DNA of 64,000 nucleotides, from NCBI GenBank assembly GCA_030593295.1, contig JAUVHO010000006.1, forward strand, positions 281 through 64,280, read 5' to 3'. This document shows positions 7,703-16,718 of this stretch, piece after piece; position 1 is the first letter of the stretch, and every line of letters starts with the position of its first letter. This stretch comes from Methanomassiliicoccales archaeon. Lineage in GTDB: Archaea; Thermoplasmatota; Thermoplasmata; RBG-16-68-12; SOIM01. The position numbers and the translations under genes were made by a program. The notes beneath the pieces were generated by a model. It saw nothing but the letters and a program-made list of their open reading frames with translations, had not been told where the DNA came from and did no database searches.

Positions 7703-10700
7703 CTATCGTCCAGAGCGCCAGTAGGTTCCACCAACTTCTCTAAAATGGCCTTCGAATCCATCGAGGATGGAGGCTGTTTCTCTACTGTCGTCCCCGAGGA
7801 ACATCTCCTCTCTGACATCATGGTCCAGGTTCTTGACGACCTCTTGCAGTTCCGCCCTGGTAGTCATCTCGAGGTTGGAGGATGATACCACCGCCAGATG
7901 GATGCGCTTTCCATGGAGAATCGCCACCTTGTATTCATCGAAGTCCAGATTCTTGGACTTTCCTATGCCAGGTGCTCTCGTCCGCTGCCTTATCAGACCA
8001 TACGGGACGGTTCTCTTGTCAGTCATGTTGACTTCCTTGATGAGTGCACCGTCCTCTCTGATCAAATAGCCCACATATATCTCCGGTTTGTTGGCAATAT
8101 AGTACACACACATAAGCAGAATCACCACCGCTGCCAGAATGATCCAGAGCCAGAAATCTTCGTTCAGTTCTATTATGACCCTGACGTCCACGTAAGAGGA
8201 ATTGACCCCGTCGCTCACCGTTATTCTAATGAGATCCCCGCTCATACTTGAAGGGTACCTGAGAGTCAGGTTGAAGCCGTCTGTGGTCACATGTCCGCTA
8301 TCTACCGAGATGACCAAGGAGTCCATGGGAGTGTCGATATCATGAACGTACTCCATTATGTCCAGTACTTTGTCCCTATCAGCCGTGGTCTTGATGTCCG
8401 GAATGTCGTCTATCACGGGTGCATCATTGACCGGGTTCACCAGGACGATCACCACGTCTTCCACCAGAGCTCCAGTGGGGTCGGTCGCTCTTATGGTGAT
8501 TATCTCGAACCCGAACCAGTCAGGCTCCGCCCACATGTCCACTGTCTTGTTGGCGTTGATCCTGATTTTCACTGATTCATTACCTGAAGTGTAGTACAAG
8601 TTGTCCCCGTCGATGTCGAGGAAGTAGTAGTCCATGTTGGTGAAGAACACGTTCAGCACCATTTCATCCTCATCGAAGGAAACATCAGGTAACAGGTGGA
8701 GCTTCTCGGGCGGGTAGTCATCCAATATCGTTATGTTGATGACCTGGAAATCGGTGGCATTCCCGTCAGAGACCCATATGGTCACTGGCACCGTCTGCCC
8801 AAGCATTGACTGGGGATAGTTCATGACAAGTCCGAGGTTGTTCAGCGGATTGGTCCAGATGTGGGCGCTGTCGGAGGTCAATACTGTAAGCTGATCCAGG
8901 GGAGTATCCTCATCGTTGATGTACGGTGACAGATCGAAGTTGTATGAATAGTCGTAGTGGACGATAATATCCGGAACGCCCGAGATCGTGGGTGGTTTGC
9001 TCACAGATATGATTGGTTCCGGTGTGGAAAGCCCAGAGACTTGATCTTCAGATCTCAGGCCAACTTCATCCCATGCGATGCCTCTCAGGATAACGCCTTT
9101 CAGTGTCTGGTTCCCTATGGTCCACAAGGCCGAGCCATCCGGGGGAGCCTCCGTGGCGATTGTGTGAAGCTGTCCGTCATCATATCTGAGCTCAACTAGG
9201 ACGGCATCAGGATCCACTATGTACACAATGGTCTCAGTGCCGTTTATCTCAGAGAAGTCAAGGGGTTGCAGGATCTGTATGGATGGCGGTGTGCAGTCGA
9301 TCTCGATGTTTGTCACGCTGTCCTCGGCTGTAAAGTTACTCGAAGTTCTTGCTGTGGCCCGAATACTCGTTACCCTGTCCCCAACAGCGCATGAATCGAA
9401 TGTGTACGTCCCGTCGAGGTCGGAATCAAATCCAATGGCTCTCCAAGACGCGCCCTCGAAGTACTCGAAGGAGATGTTCGAGACTGGTCCGCTTACCGAA
9501 TATGCGAGATTGTATGTGCCTGTGATATGCTCGTCCGGCACTGGACTGAGGATGGTCACCGAAAGTGAGGACCACAGGGCTGTGTACCAGTACATTCCCT
9601 GCCCGGCAGTATCAAAGACCGTGCTTGCTCCTCCAGTTCCCATTGTCGTGTTCATGACCTTACCTGAAGGTGCGACACCGGAGGCGTCCATGTCATACAT
9701 ATAGTATGTGTTTATTGGACTCGAGGGTGTGACCAGGCTGGTCGGTTGAATTGTGGAATCATACGCCAAGATGAATCTCTCTCCACCGTTGACTGCGGTC
9801 ACATTGATCTCCAGGCGGAGAAGCCGGGGAACGGCATTCGTGAAGGTGTATTGGGCACCGTTACCTATGTTCAGGGTAAGCGGATTGGGAGTGGTGCTGT
9901 CAATCGTTATGGTCGGCGACGTCACGATCTCCTGCGGGTCAGAGCCATCAGGCATCACGTGGTATACACTCGCGATGATCTGCACGTTGGCCGAGGTTTC
10001 TTCTGGACCTATCGTGGTCAGAGGTGTCTGCCTATTGAACTCGATAACAAACCATCCTATATCGGCCTCATCGGTTGCGTTGTCTCGTTCCATGATGATC
10101 TGGGTTGGCGAAAGGGCCATGGTGACCGATGCAATGCCGGCGGTATCATCCAGGATGAAGGGTGTGCGTCCCAGGCTCTGGCCACATCCGATTTGCACGG
10201 AAGCGAATGCTGCCGAACGATTTGTATCGACTGTGGCTGGAAGTATGACGCTCTTCTGATACTCACCGGGTCCGAAGTGAGCATTCCCCGACAACACCCT
10301 GCTCCCATCACTTAGCTCCACGGCCTGCCAGAATATCTCTGTGATGTTGTCTGGAGATCCAGATGCGCCTCTGTCAAACATGATGTTGGTCGGGTTCGTC
10401 AGCTGAGCCCGGAGCATTCTCGAACCCAGGTCCTGGCCAGTGTGGGGGGTCCGGAATCCAGCAAGGATGAAGGTCTTGTCCAAAGCCACTGGTGTTCCCA
10501 ATGTCGCGTTGACCCAGGTCGTAGTCCCTGTCATCGAAAGAACCGACCCCGTCTGGACATCGATGTCACCTGGATTTGTGAACTCCACTACCTGCCAGAA
10601 GACCCTATGAGCAGGGTTCGCCGAATCGACCCTGAACTGAAGGTTCGATGTGCTGGTAATCTCTCCGACTGTCAGGTCGTCATAGTTCCAGTGTTGGTCA

Positions 10701-11557
10701 GCCGCTGCTGGCGTCCTCGACCATGTCAAGAACGCCTGGTCGATTGGAGATATCGGACTGATGGCCACGTTCGTTGTCGTTGAACTTTGGGATGTTATGC
10801 CTCGCTGAACTTTCACTCCTGAGTAATACTCAACCACATACCATTGGATCGTCATTGGAACTGGTGTGACCTCATTAGTCACCCGTTCGAACTCAAGGGT
10901 TGTTGGCGAGGCTATCCTGCCGCCGATCTCTGAACCTACCGGTCTATTGCTGTCGTGACGGCTGTTGAAGATCAGGAAGGATCTGGACATGTTGAGTTGC
11001 GATATTGGGACGGTTGTGATTCCATTTGCCGCACTCACTGCTGTTCCGCTCTGAACACTCTTGACTCCTGTGCCAATGGTGACGTTGGTGGGGGGATCGG
11101 TGGCCGTTGGATTACCGTAGTAGATGTAGTAATGGTCATCAGACGAAGAGATGTTCAACCCCTTCTGGAGCTCGAAGTGGAGTGTTGTTTTCGGGTCATT
11201 CCATGAGGATCCAAGGTCAAGGGTTCTGTTGATCTCAATCCATTGGGTCGAATCCCAGTAGACGATTCTGATGTCGTCCCCGTCAATCTGAGACTTACCT
11301 GTCGAAACGAGAGCTGAGTGATTGAAAGCTGTGGAGATTGTGTAACCGGCTGGGAATGCCGAGAGGCCTGATGTGACCGTGATCTGCTGCCTATACTGGT
11401 ACCAAGTTCCCCACCAAGGTCTCGGGAGTTCATCGAAGTACAGGTTCAAGGTGTGTGGTCCGGCATTGAAGTTCACATTGCCGCTTCCAGTGGGCCACGA
11501 TGGTGATATTGTCAGAAGTAGGAACAGTGCTACGACGATGGCAATTACCCTTCTCAT
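7703..11557 (-). CDS. Giant surface protein, paralog 3 (1284 aa): signal peptide, DUF2341-like module, cadherin/Ig-like modules, C-terminal TM helix, 127-aa cytoplasmic tail
   Basis: ATG with a GGGAGGAG SD 5 nt upstream; ATGA overlap with the upstream stop (11554-11557). N-terminus MRRVIAIVVALFLLLTISPSWP. DUF2341-like segment GDDIRIVYWDSTQWIEINRTLD...HYYIYYGNPTA. Modules end in VNDAP. TM helix FWLWIILAAVVILLMCVYYI. Confidence 0.9.
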   Translation of the reverse strand: MRRVIAIVVALFLLLTISPSWPTGSGNVNFNAGPHTLNLYFDELPRPWWGTWYQYRQQITVTSGLSAFPAGYTISTAFNHSALVSTGKSQIDGDDIRIVYWDSTQWIEINRTLDLGSSWNDPKTTLHFELQKGLNISSSDDHYYIYYGNPTATDPPTNVTIGTGVKSVQSGTAVSAANGITTVPISQLNMSRSFLIFNSRHDSNRPVGSEIGGRIASPTTLEFERVTNEVTPVPMTIQWYVVEYYSGVKVQRGITSQSSTTTNVAISPISPIDQAFLTWSRTPAAADQHWNYDDLTVGEITSTSNLQFRVDSANPAHRVFWQVVEFTNPGDIDVQTGSVLSMTGTTTWVNATLGTPVALDKTFILAGFRTPHTGQDLGSRMLRAQLTNPTNIMFDRGASGSPDNITEIFWQAVELSDGSRVLSGNAHFGPGEYQKSVILPATVDTNRSAAFASVQIGCGQSLGRTPFILDDTAGIASVTMALSPTQIIMERDNATDEADIGWFVIEFNRQTPLTTIGPEETSANVQIIASVYHVMPDGSDPQEIVTSPTITIDSTTPNPLTLNIGNGAQYTFTNAVPRLLRLEINVTAVNGGERFILAYDSTIQPTSLVTPSSPINTYYMYDMDASGVAPSGKVMNTTMGTGGASTVFDTAGQGMYWYTALWSSLSVTILSPVPDEHITGTYNLAYSVSGPVSNISFEYFEGASWRAIGFDSDLDGTYTFDSCAVGDRVTSIRATARTSSNFTAEDSVTNIEIDCTPPSIQILQPLDFSEINGTETIVYIVDPDAVLVELRYDDGQLHTIATEAPPDGSALWTIGNQTLKGVILRGIAWDEVGLRSEDQVSGLSTPEPIISVSKPPTISGVPDIIVHYDYSYNFDLSPYINDEDTPLDQLTVLTSDSAHIWTNPLNNLGLVMNYPQSMLGQTVPVTIWVSDGNATDFQVINITILDDYPPEKLHLLPDVSFDEDEMVLNVFFTNMDYYFLDIDGDNLYYTSGNESVKIRINANKTVDMWAEPDWFGFEIITIRATDPTGALVEDVVIVLVNPVNDAPVIDDIPDIKTTADRDKVLDIMEYVHDIDTPMDSLVISVDSGHVTTDGFNLTLRYPSSMSGDLIRITVSDGVNSSYVDVRVIIELNEDFWLWIILAAVVILLMCVYYIANKPEIYVGYLIREDGALIKEVNMTDKRTVPYGLIRQRTRAPGIGKSKNLDFDEYKVAILHGKRIHLAVVSSSNLEMTTRAELQEVVKNLDHDVREEMFLGDDSRETASILDGFEGHFREVGGTYWRSGR

Positions 11558-14500
11558 CGCGACTCCTCCCGTGAGCTGTCGTCACCCTTCGCTTCCTCCC
11601 CAGATTCCTGGAGATTCCCATTCTTATTGTTACCGTTGAGATGCTCTATGTCCTCTGTGCTCTGGCCTTCCTTGAGATCTGGAAGGTGTCTGCACAGGAG
11701 GCCATGAACACCCGCGAACCTATGCACGAATCCATCCCAGTCCTCCAATTCGGCCGCGTATGTGCTCTCAACATCCTGAATAGCCTCGCTGATCGGCTGC
11801 AAATTCCATGGCGTCTCACGGCCACGGTAGACGACTGCGAGAAATACATGCTCGCCTCTTTCTAGGGCGATCTTCCTATCTCCGAAGTCTATCTGCTTGA
11901 CGGGTGAGTCCTCCACCTCTTTGAATGAGTCCTTGATGAATTCTTGGATGGCCGTCAGCATGTTTGAGAAAATATCCTCGTCGATATCTGTCTGTTTCCC
12001 GACCACCGTGTGGTGGATCAGGCTTCCGTTTCTGTATATCAGGAATGCTTCGTCAATGTGGATCCTAGAGAAGAACCCTCTTGAGAATAGTACAAGAATC
12101 ACTGATAGAAGAAAAGCTACGATGAAAGACCAGGGCCAGAGTATTTGGTCCCATACTGACGGAGGCGGTGCTCCCACGATTCTCACATTGAACGACCCAA
12201 AGGCTGTCTTATTGCCATCGCTGATGTCAATCTGTATGGTGTCAGTCCCCTCAAATGGGTAGTTGAGGATCAGGATCGATCCCGCCAGGGTCACCGTGGT
12301 CTTTGCACGCTCTCCCGATGCGGATATGATGAGGTCCGAGAAATCGTTGTCGATATCGAACACATAATCCGACAAGTCCAGAGTGTATATCTGGTCCTTT
12401 TGGATGGTCAGGTCTGGAATATCGAGAATATATGGAGCATCATTCACTGGTATTACCGTGATTCTGGCGGTTTGCTCTGCGATGGCCCCATATGGGTCCG
12501 TTGCCCTGAAGGTCACATACTCTTGGCCGAACCAGTCCTGCGTTGACGAGAATGAGACAAGGAACGTGGAGGAGTTGATGGTCACTGTGACATTGGATGA
12601 AGCACTTGAATAGGTCAATGTGTCAGCATCATTGTCCGCGAAGCAGATGGTTATGTTGAACGCGTCAGGAAGTGTCGTGTCTTCAAAGAACGAATAGTCT
12701 GGAATGATGGACGCGACCTCCGGGGGCCAGTTGTCTGTGACTGTGATCTGAATATCTTGATATGCTTCGGCCAGGCCATCTGAGGCCGTTATCCTCACTT
12801 CAATCGTTAGCCCTGACATGCTCTCAGGGTAATGAACCTCCATCACCGTGTTGACTGAACTGTTGAAGAATATGTGGGCGGGGTCGTTCGTTGAGATGAA
12901 CAGCTCTGAGGTCTGGTTGTCCACATCCTCGATGTATGGTGCCAGGTCGAATATGTAGTTGTAGAACGGCCTTGCCGGGTCCTCATAGTGTACCATCAGA
13001 TCGGGGACTCCCGATATCGTCGGTGGATCGTTGACCGGCAGAACGGTCACCAGGATGATGTCCTCTGCCCTTGCATTCTCCGGGTCCACACCCCTGAAAC
13101 TGACTATCTCGACACCGAACCAGTCCTCAGGGGCATTGAAGTCAACCGAGTGGTTCTCGTGGATCGTGATCTCGGTGTGGATGTTCCCGCTTGTATAGAA
13201 CAGACTGTCTTGGTCAGGGTCATCGAAGTAATCGTCAAGATTGAAGCGGTCCTTGACCTCCTGACCTTCGAACAGGACCACGTCCGGGAGCTCTCTGATA
13301 AGGACAGGGACGAAGTCATCTGAGACAGTTATCGCCAGTACCGTTGACATCTGCCCCCCATGCTCGTCCTCAACGGTCACTATGGGGTAGACCGTTGTGC
13401 CCATGAGCTCTTCTGGATAGGTGAAGGTCCCCCACAGTCCATTGAACGAAATGCTGCCTGAATCATCACTCGAGAGGGTGAGATTATCCCGAGCCGTTTC
13501 GACATCACTCACATAGTCGTAGAAATAGTATGTGTAAGGCTCACTGTAGTGGATCGTGAATGGGGTTATGCTCTGTATTATTGGGCGATCGTTGACAGAA
13601 GTTATGGTAATGGAAAGCGTCTGAGCGTCGACGTAGCCATCACTGTCTCTCAGCCATATCATCAGGTCGTCAGTTCCGAATGCATCTGGCACCGTTGTGA
13701 AGGTGATCAGGTGGTTGCCAACGATATCGTTACCGGTGACAGTGGTCAACGAAGGATCTTGGTCTGTCAATGACCACATGAGTTCCGCGAGCGAGTCTTG
13801 AGGGTCGCTGGCATAAGAAGAAAGGTCTAAGATCCAAGTTCCATAATCCTCCGGCTTCACCTGATTCGGGATTGTACCCACAATGGTCGGCATCACATTT
13901 ACCTCCACCACTTCCAGGTTGGCAATCCCTGTGATGTTGTCCTGGTTCACAGCGGTGACCTGAATCCACCCATTGAGATTCTCTGTGTCCTGAGCCTTGA
14001 GCGTCGCATGGGTTGGAGACGAACTGGTTATGTTGCCGGCATTGGTGTTCCACAATGGACCGATGAGCGTCACTTCATTGCCATCTGAATCGGATCCAGT
14101 TGCCGTGAAGTTCTGGAAATCCCCTATGAGAAGTGTGATATTGTCTGGTTGGACCATAATCGAAGCTAGATCCCCTGCTATGACCGTTATCGTGTCCGAT
14201 GTGTTCGTATCACCAAACCCATCATCGATTGAGACCGTTCCGACCCCCACTGTTGTCGCATCGAATGTTGACGTTGTGGAAGGTCCAGACGTTATCGTTC
14301 CAATGCCTCCATTGACTATCCAGGCCACAAACGCGGTTCCGATTTGATTGCCGTCACCGTCGTACTCGTATGCGGTCAAGTTCACGTGTTCATCTGCGGT
14401 CAACGTGCCAGGACTCCAGGGCTCTATTCCCACTGATGCTCTGGAACCCGTTATTACTTGGAACGTGTTCGTGGTGTTCGAGTGCCCGTTTCCATCGTCA

Positions 14501-16497
14501 GCGGTCACATCGCCCATGCCTGGAGTGGTAGCGTCGAATACGGCTGAAGAACTCGGTCCAGCGGGTATCGTTCCGATTCCGCCTGATACGCTCCAATTCG
14601 CCATGATTGGTCCGATTGCATTCCCTTTGGAGTCATAAGCAATGACGTTGAACAACTGGACATCGTCCGTCGTCAGGGTCCCAGGGTCCCTCGGGTCGAT
14701 GCCAATCCTCGCAGCATTTCCCGCCAGAACGTTCACCAGTGTGTAGTTCGAGATCGAATCGGCCGTGTTGTTGCAGTACACTCTCCACGTCCCGACCATC
14801 CCCGGATTATAGACTCCGAATGCGTCCACCGTCCCCCAAGGATCATCCGTTTCCCATTTCTCGGTGAAAGGTGTCGTGTGATGGAATACATCATGTCCAA
14901 TTGCGTCGAGATCCACCCATTCATCCGTGGTCCCTGTCCATGTCGGCACTGACATGTGGATGTGATCAAGAATGCCAAAGAACTGGTAGGTCACACTCAT
15001 GTTCAAGAGCGTTGGGCTGAGCATCGGGTCAGTGGTGGTCAGGTTCGCTCTGAACCTGATTGCTGGATCTGGGATTGACTGTAGACTGCCTCCTGAGAAT
15101 ATCTCTGTCCATGACATGCCCGAATCTGTTGAGTGCCAGTACGAAACATTGGTGCCTGGCGGGGTATTCTCATGTGCGTTGAGTGTTTCCCACCCCACCC
15201 AATTGCCAGGTGCCAGGTCTTCTGTTTCTACATGTCCTTCAGAAGCATATGCTTGATAGTCGATTCTAACTTCTTCCAGTATTGGTTTCACGGTCCTGTT
15301 GAGCGTGTCCATCTCCACCTTGTATTGTATGCATCTGCCAGATGGAGAAGTGATCTGTGATCCGCCAGGTGAAGCGTATGCCGCGGACCATGCAGACCAA
15401 CTGCCAGAGCAGTCACCTGAGCGGGTCTGAACAGTCATACTTGTCTGTCCGGGGACTGTCGAGTTCCAGCTGATGTTGCCCCAGTTGACTGTGAATCCTG
15501 CATCGGAAACTCTCGAGATGAAAGTCCCGTTCGCCAACCCGCCCTCCTGGGTGATGTAGTCCAAGTGAAGTCTGGGACGGTTGCCTGGAACCACTGATTC
15601 TTTGCTGTGGAACAGTTTTTCATTCACTGATGGACCTATTTCCGGAGTGATGAGAATCACACCATAGTTAGGCTTGGTACCGTTGCTCCAATCTCTGAAG
15701 AGTTGAGCAATGTCCCAGTAATACCAGTTGGTCTGATCTCGTATTGAATATACTGTGTCTTCAGGAACGGGATTGAAGTCTCCGCCATCCACTGTCCAGA
15801 GGGTCGACCCATCTCTGTGCCTGTACGTGACACCGTCGTTAGTCACGGAGCCATCGCCAGTACCCTCGACCCAGGACGCATTTACCTGATGTAAGGACAC
15901 ATTCAGAGGTTGGGATGAACTTGAGGTTTCCAGTTTCAGCATTATCTGTGCCGATGTCACCAAGTCATAGGATTGCAGAGGAGTCAGATTGAATTCGATC
16001 ATAGCCCTCTTCGGATCGACTGGTTCAGTGTTTATGGTCGTTGAAACGCCATAGTTCCTATTCGAGAAGCCATTGTTGATGTAGGCATCCTTTCCTCCGA
16101 TGTCAGTGATTTGGAACTCGATCCATTGAGGCGTGCCAGCTGAATCCGTGTTCATTATTGTCACATTTCCCGGATCGTTAGCCACGTCCACGTTCAGAAT
16201 CACTGTTCCCTGTAGAAAATCGCTTTGCGATGTGTCAACAAACTCGCTGGAATACCTTTGGAGTGTAACGTTGCTCGCAGACACGCTCACATTGTTGGAT
16301 GTGTAGTTGGCCGCGTTCTGGAAGTCCCATGTAGCCGTCGTCGTCCCATCGCCATTGTCAACGAGTGTGGGATCTCCCGAAGACAGATTGAAAAGAGACA
16401 AGAGATTGGACAGGATCATCAAAGCTAGGACTATGCTTAAGATGGCTCTTCTATTTCGAGGAGGGTTTCCTTCATTGCTTTGAAGCATGTTCTTCAC
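11554..16497 (-). CDS. Giant surface protein, paralog 2 (about 1647 aa): N-terminal anchor, DNRLRE-like module, three Big_2-like Ig repeats, cadherin-like modules, C-terminal TM helix, Roadblock-like cytoplasmic tail
   Basis: The track ORF starts at TTG 16545. I prefer GTG at 16495-16497 because CCGGAGGGAA lies 5 nt upstream, exactly as in paralog 1. The N-terminus (V)KNMLQSNEGNPPRNRRAILSIVLALMILSNL parallels paralog 1. Modules end in VNDRP, VNDPP and VNDAP. TM helix ILWPWSFIVAFLLSVILVLF. Confidence 0.9.
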   Translation of the reverse strand: MKNMLQSNEGNPPRNRRAILSIVLALMILSNLLSLFNLSSGDPTLVDNGDGTTTATWDFQNAANYTSNNVSVSASNVTLQRYSSEFVDTSQSDFLQGTVILNVDVANDPGNVTIMNTDSAGTPQWIEFQITDIGGKDAYINNGFSNRNYGVSTTINTEPVDPKRAMIEFNLTPLQSYDLVTSAQIMLKLETSSSSQPLNVSLHQVNASWVEGTGDGSVTNDGVTYRHRDGSTLWTVDGGDFNPVPEDTVYSIRDQTNWYYWDIAQLFRDWSNGTKPNYGVILITPEIGPSVNEKLFHSKESVVPGNRPRLHLDYITQEGGLANGTFISRVSDAGFTVNWGNISWNSTVPGQTSMTVQTRSGDCSGSWSAWSAAYASPGGSQITSPSGRCIQYKVEMDTLNRTVKPILEEVRIDYQAYASEGHVETEDLAPGNWVGWETLNAHENTPPGTNVSYWHSTDSGMSWTEIFSGGSLQSIPDPAIRFRANLTTTDPMLSPTLLNMSVTYQFFGILDHIHMSVPTWTGTTDEWVDLDAIGHDVFHHTTPFTEKWETDDPWGTVDAFGVYNPGMVGTWRVYCNNTADSISNYTLVNVLAGNAARIGIDPRDPGTLTTDDVQLFNVIAYDSKGNAIGPIMANWSVSGGIGTIPAGPSSSAVFDATTPGMGDVTADDGNGHSNTTNTFQVITGSRASVGIEPWSPGTLTADEHVNLTAYEYDGDGNQIGTAFVAWIVNGGIGTITSGPSTTSTFDATTVGVGTVSIDDGFGDTNTSDTITVIAGDLASIMVQPDNITLLIGDFQNFTATGSDSDGNEVTLIGPLWNTNAGNITSSSPTHATLKAQDTENLNGWIQVTAVNQDNITGIANLEVVEVNVMPTIVGTIPNQVKPEDYGTWILDLSSYASDPQDSLAELMWSLTDQDPSLTTVTGNDIVGNHLITFTTVPDAFGTDDLMIWLRDSDGYVDAQTLSITITSVNDRPIIQSITPFTIHYSEPYTYYFYDYVSDVETARDNLTLSSDDSGSISFNGLWGTFTYPEELMGTTVYPIVTVEDEHGGQMSTVLAITVSDDFVPVLIRELPDVVLFEGQEVKDRFNLDDYFDDPDQDSLFYTSGNIHTEITIHENHSVDFNAPEDWFGVEIVSFRGVDPENARAEDIILVTVLPVNDPPTISGVPDLMVHYEDPARPFYNYIFDLAPYIEDVDNQTSELFISTNDPAHIFFNSSVNTVMEVHYPESMSGLTIEVRITASDGLAEAYQDIQITVTDNWPPEVASIIPDYSFFEDTTLPDAFNITICFADNDADTLTYSSASSNVTVTINSSTFLVSFSSTQDWFGQEYVTFRATDPYGAIAEQTARITVIPVNDAPYILDIPDLTIQKDQIYTLDLSDYVFDIDNDFSDLIISASGERAKTTVTLAGSILILNYPFEGTDTIQIDISDGNKTAFGSFNVRIVGAPPPSVWDQILWPWSFIVAFLLSVILVLFSRGFFSRIHIDEAFLIYRNGSLIHHTVVGKQTDIDEDIFSNMLTAIQEFIKDSFKEVEDSPVKQIDFGDRKIALERGEHVFLAVVYRGRETPWNLQPISEAIQDVESTYAAELEDWDGFVHRFAGVHGLLCRHLPDLKEGQSTEDIEHLNGNNKNGNLQESGEEAKGDDSSREESR
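11742..12063 (-). other. Roadblock/LC7-like (MglB-type) cytoplasmic domain of paralog 2
   Basis: Sequence IHIDEAFLIYRNGSLIHHTVVGKQTDIDEDIFSNMLTAIQEFIKDSFKEVEDSPVKQIDFGDRKIALERGEHVFLAVVYRGRETPWNLQPISEAIQDVESTYAAEL. The pattern is hairpin, long amphipathic helix, three strands, C-terminal helix. Assignment is by eye only. Confidence 0.55.
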
Positions 16498-16557
16498 ACA
16501 TTCCCTCCGGCTCGTGGAACGTTCAGCTTCTGCTCCCCGCATCAAGCTCTGGGCTCG

Positions 16558-16565
16558 AATATAAG
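16558..16565 (-). promoter_or_regulatory. Candidate TATA box (CTTATATT on the minus strand) for paralog 2
   Basis: It lies about 60 nt upstream of GTG 16497, at the same relative position as the CTATATAG upstream of paralog 1, inside a conserved leader block. Confidence 0.35.
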
Positions 16566-16718
16566 ACTAGTTTCAGGAATACCATGGGTGAGAATCATTT
16601 GTGATATTCGGGAGGCCTTGGTGACAATCCGATGTCAAGAAGTTGATTTCTCGCTTAATCGATGAACGTTTTTGTCGGTTGAGATTCTCGTCGGCTGCCG
16701 TTCCCCTCTTCTCTGTGT

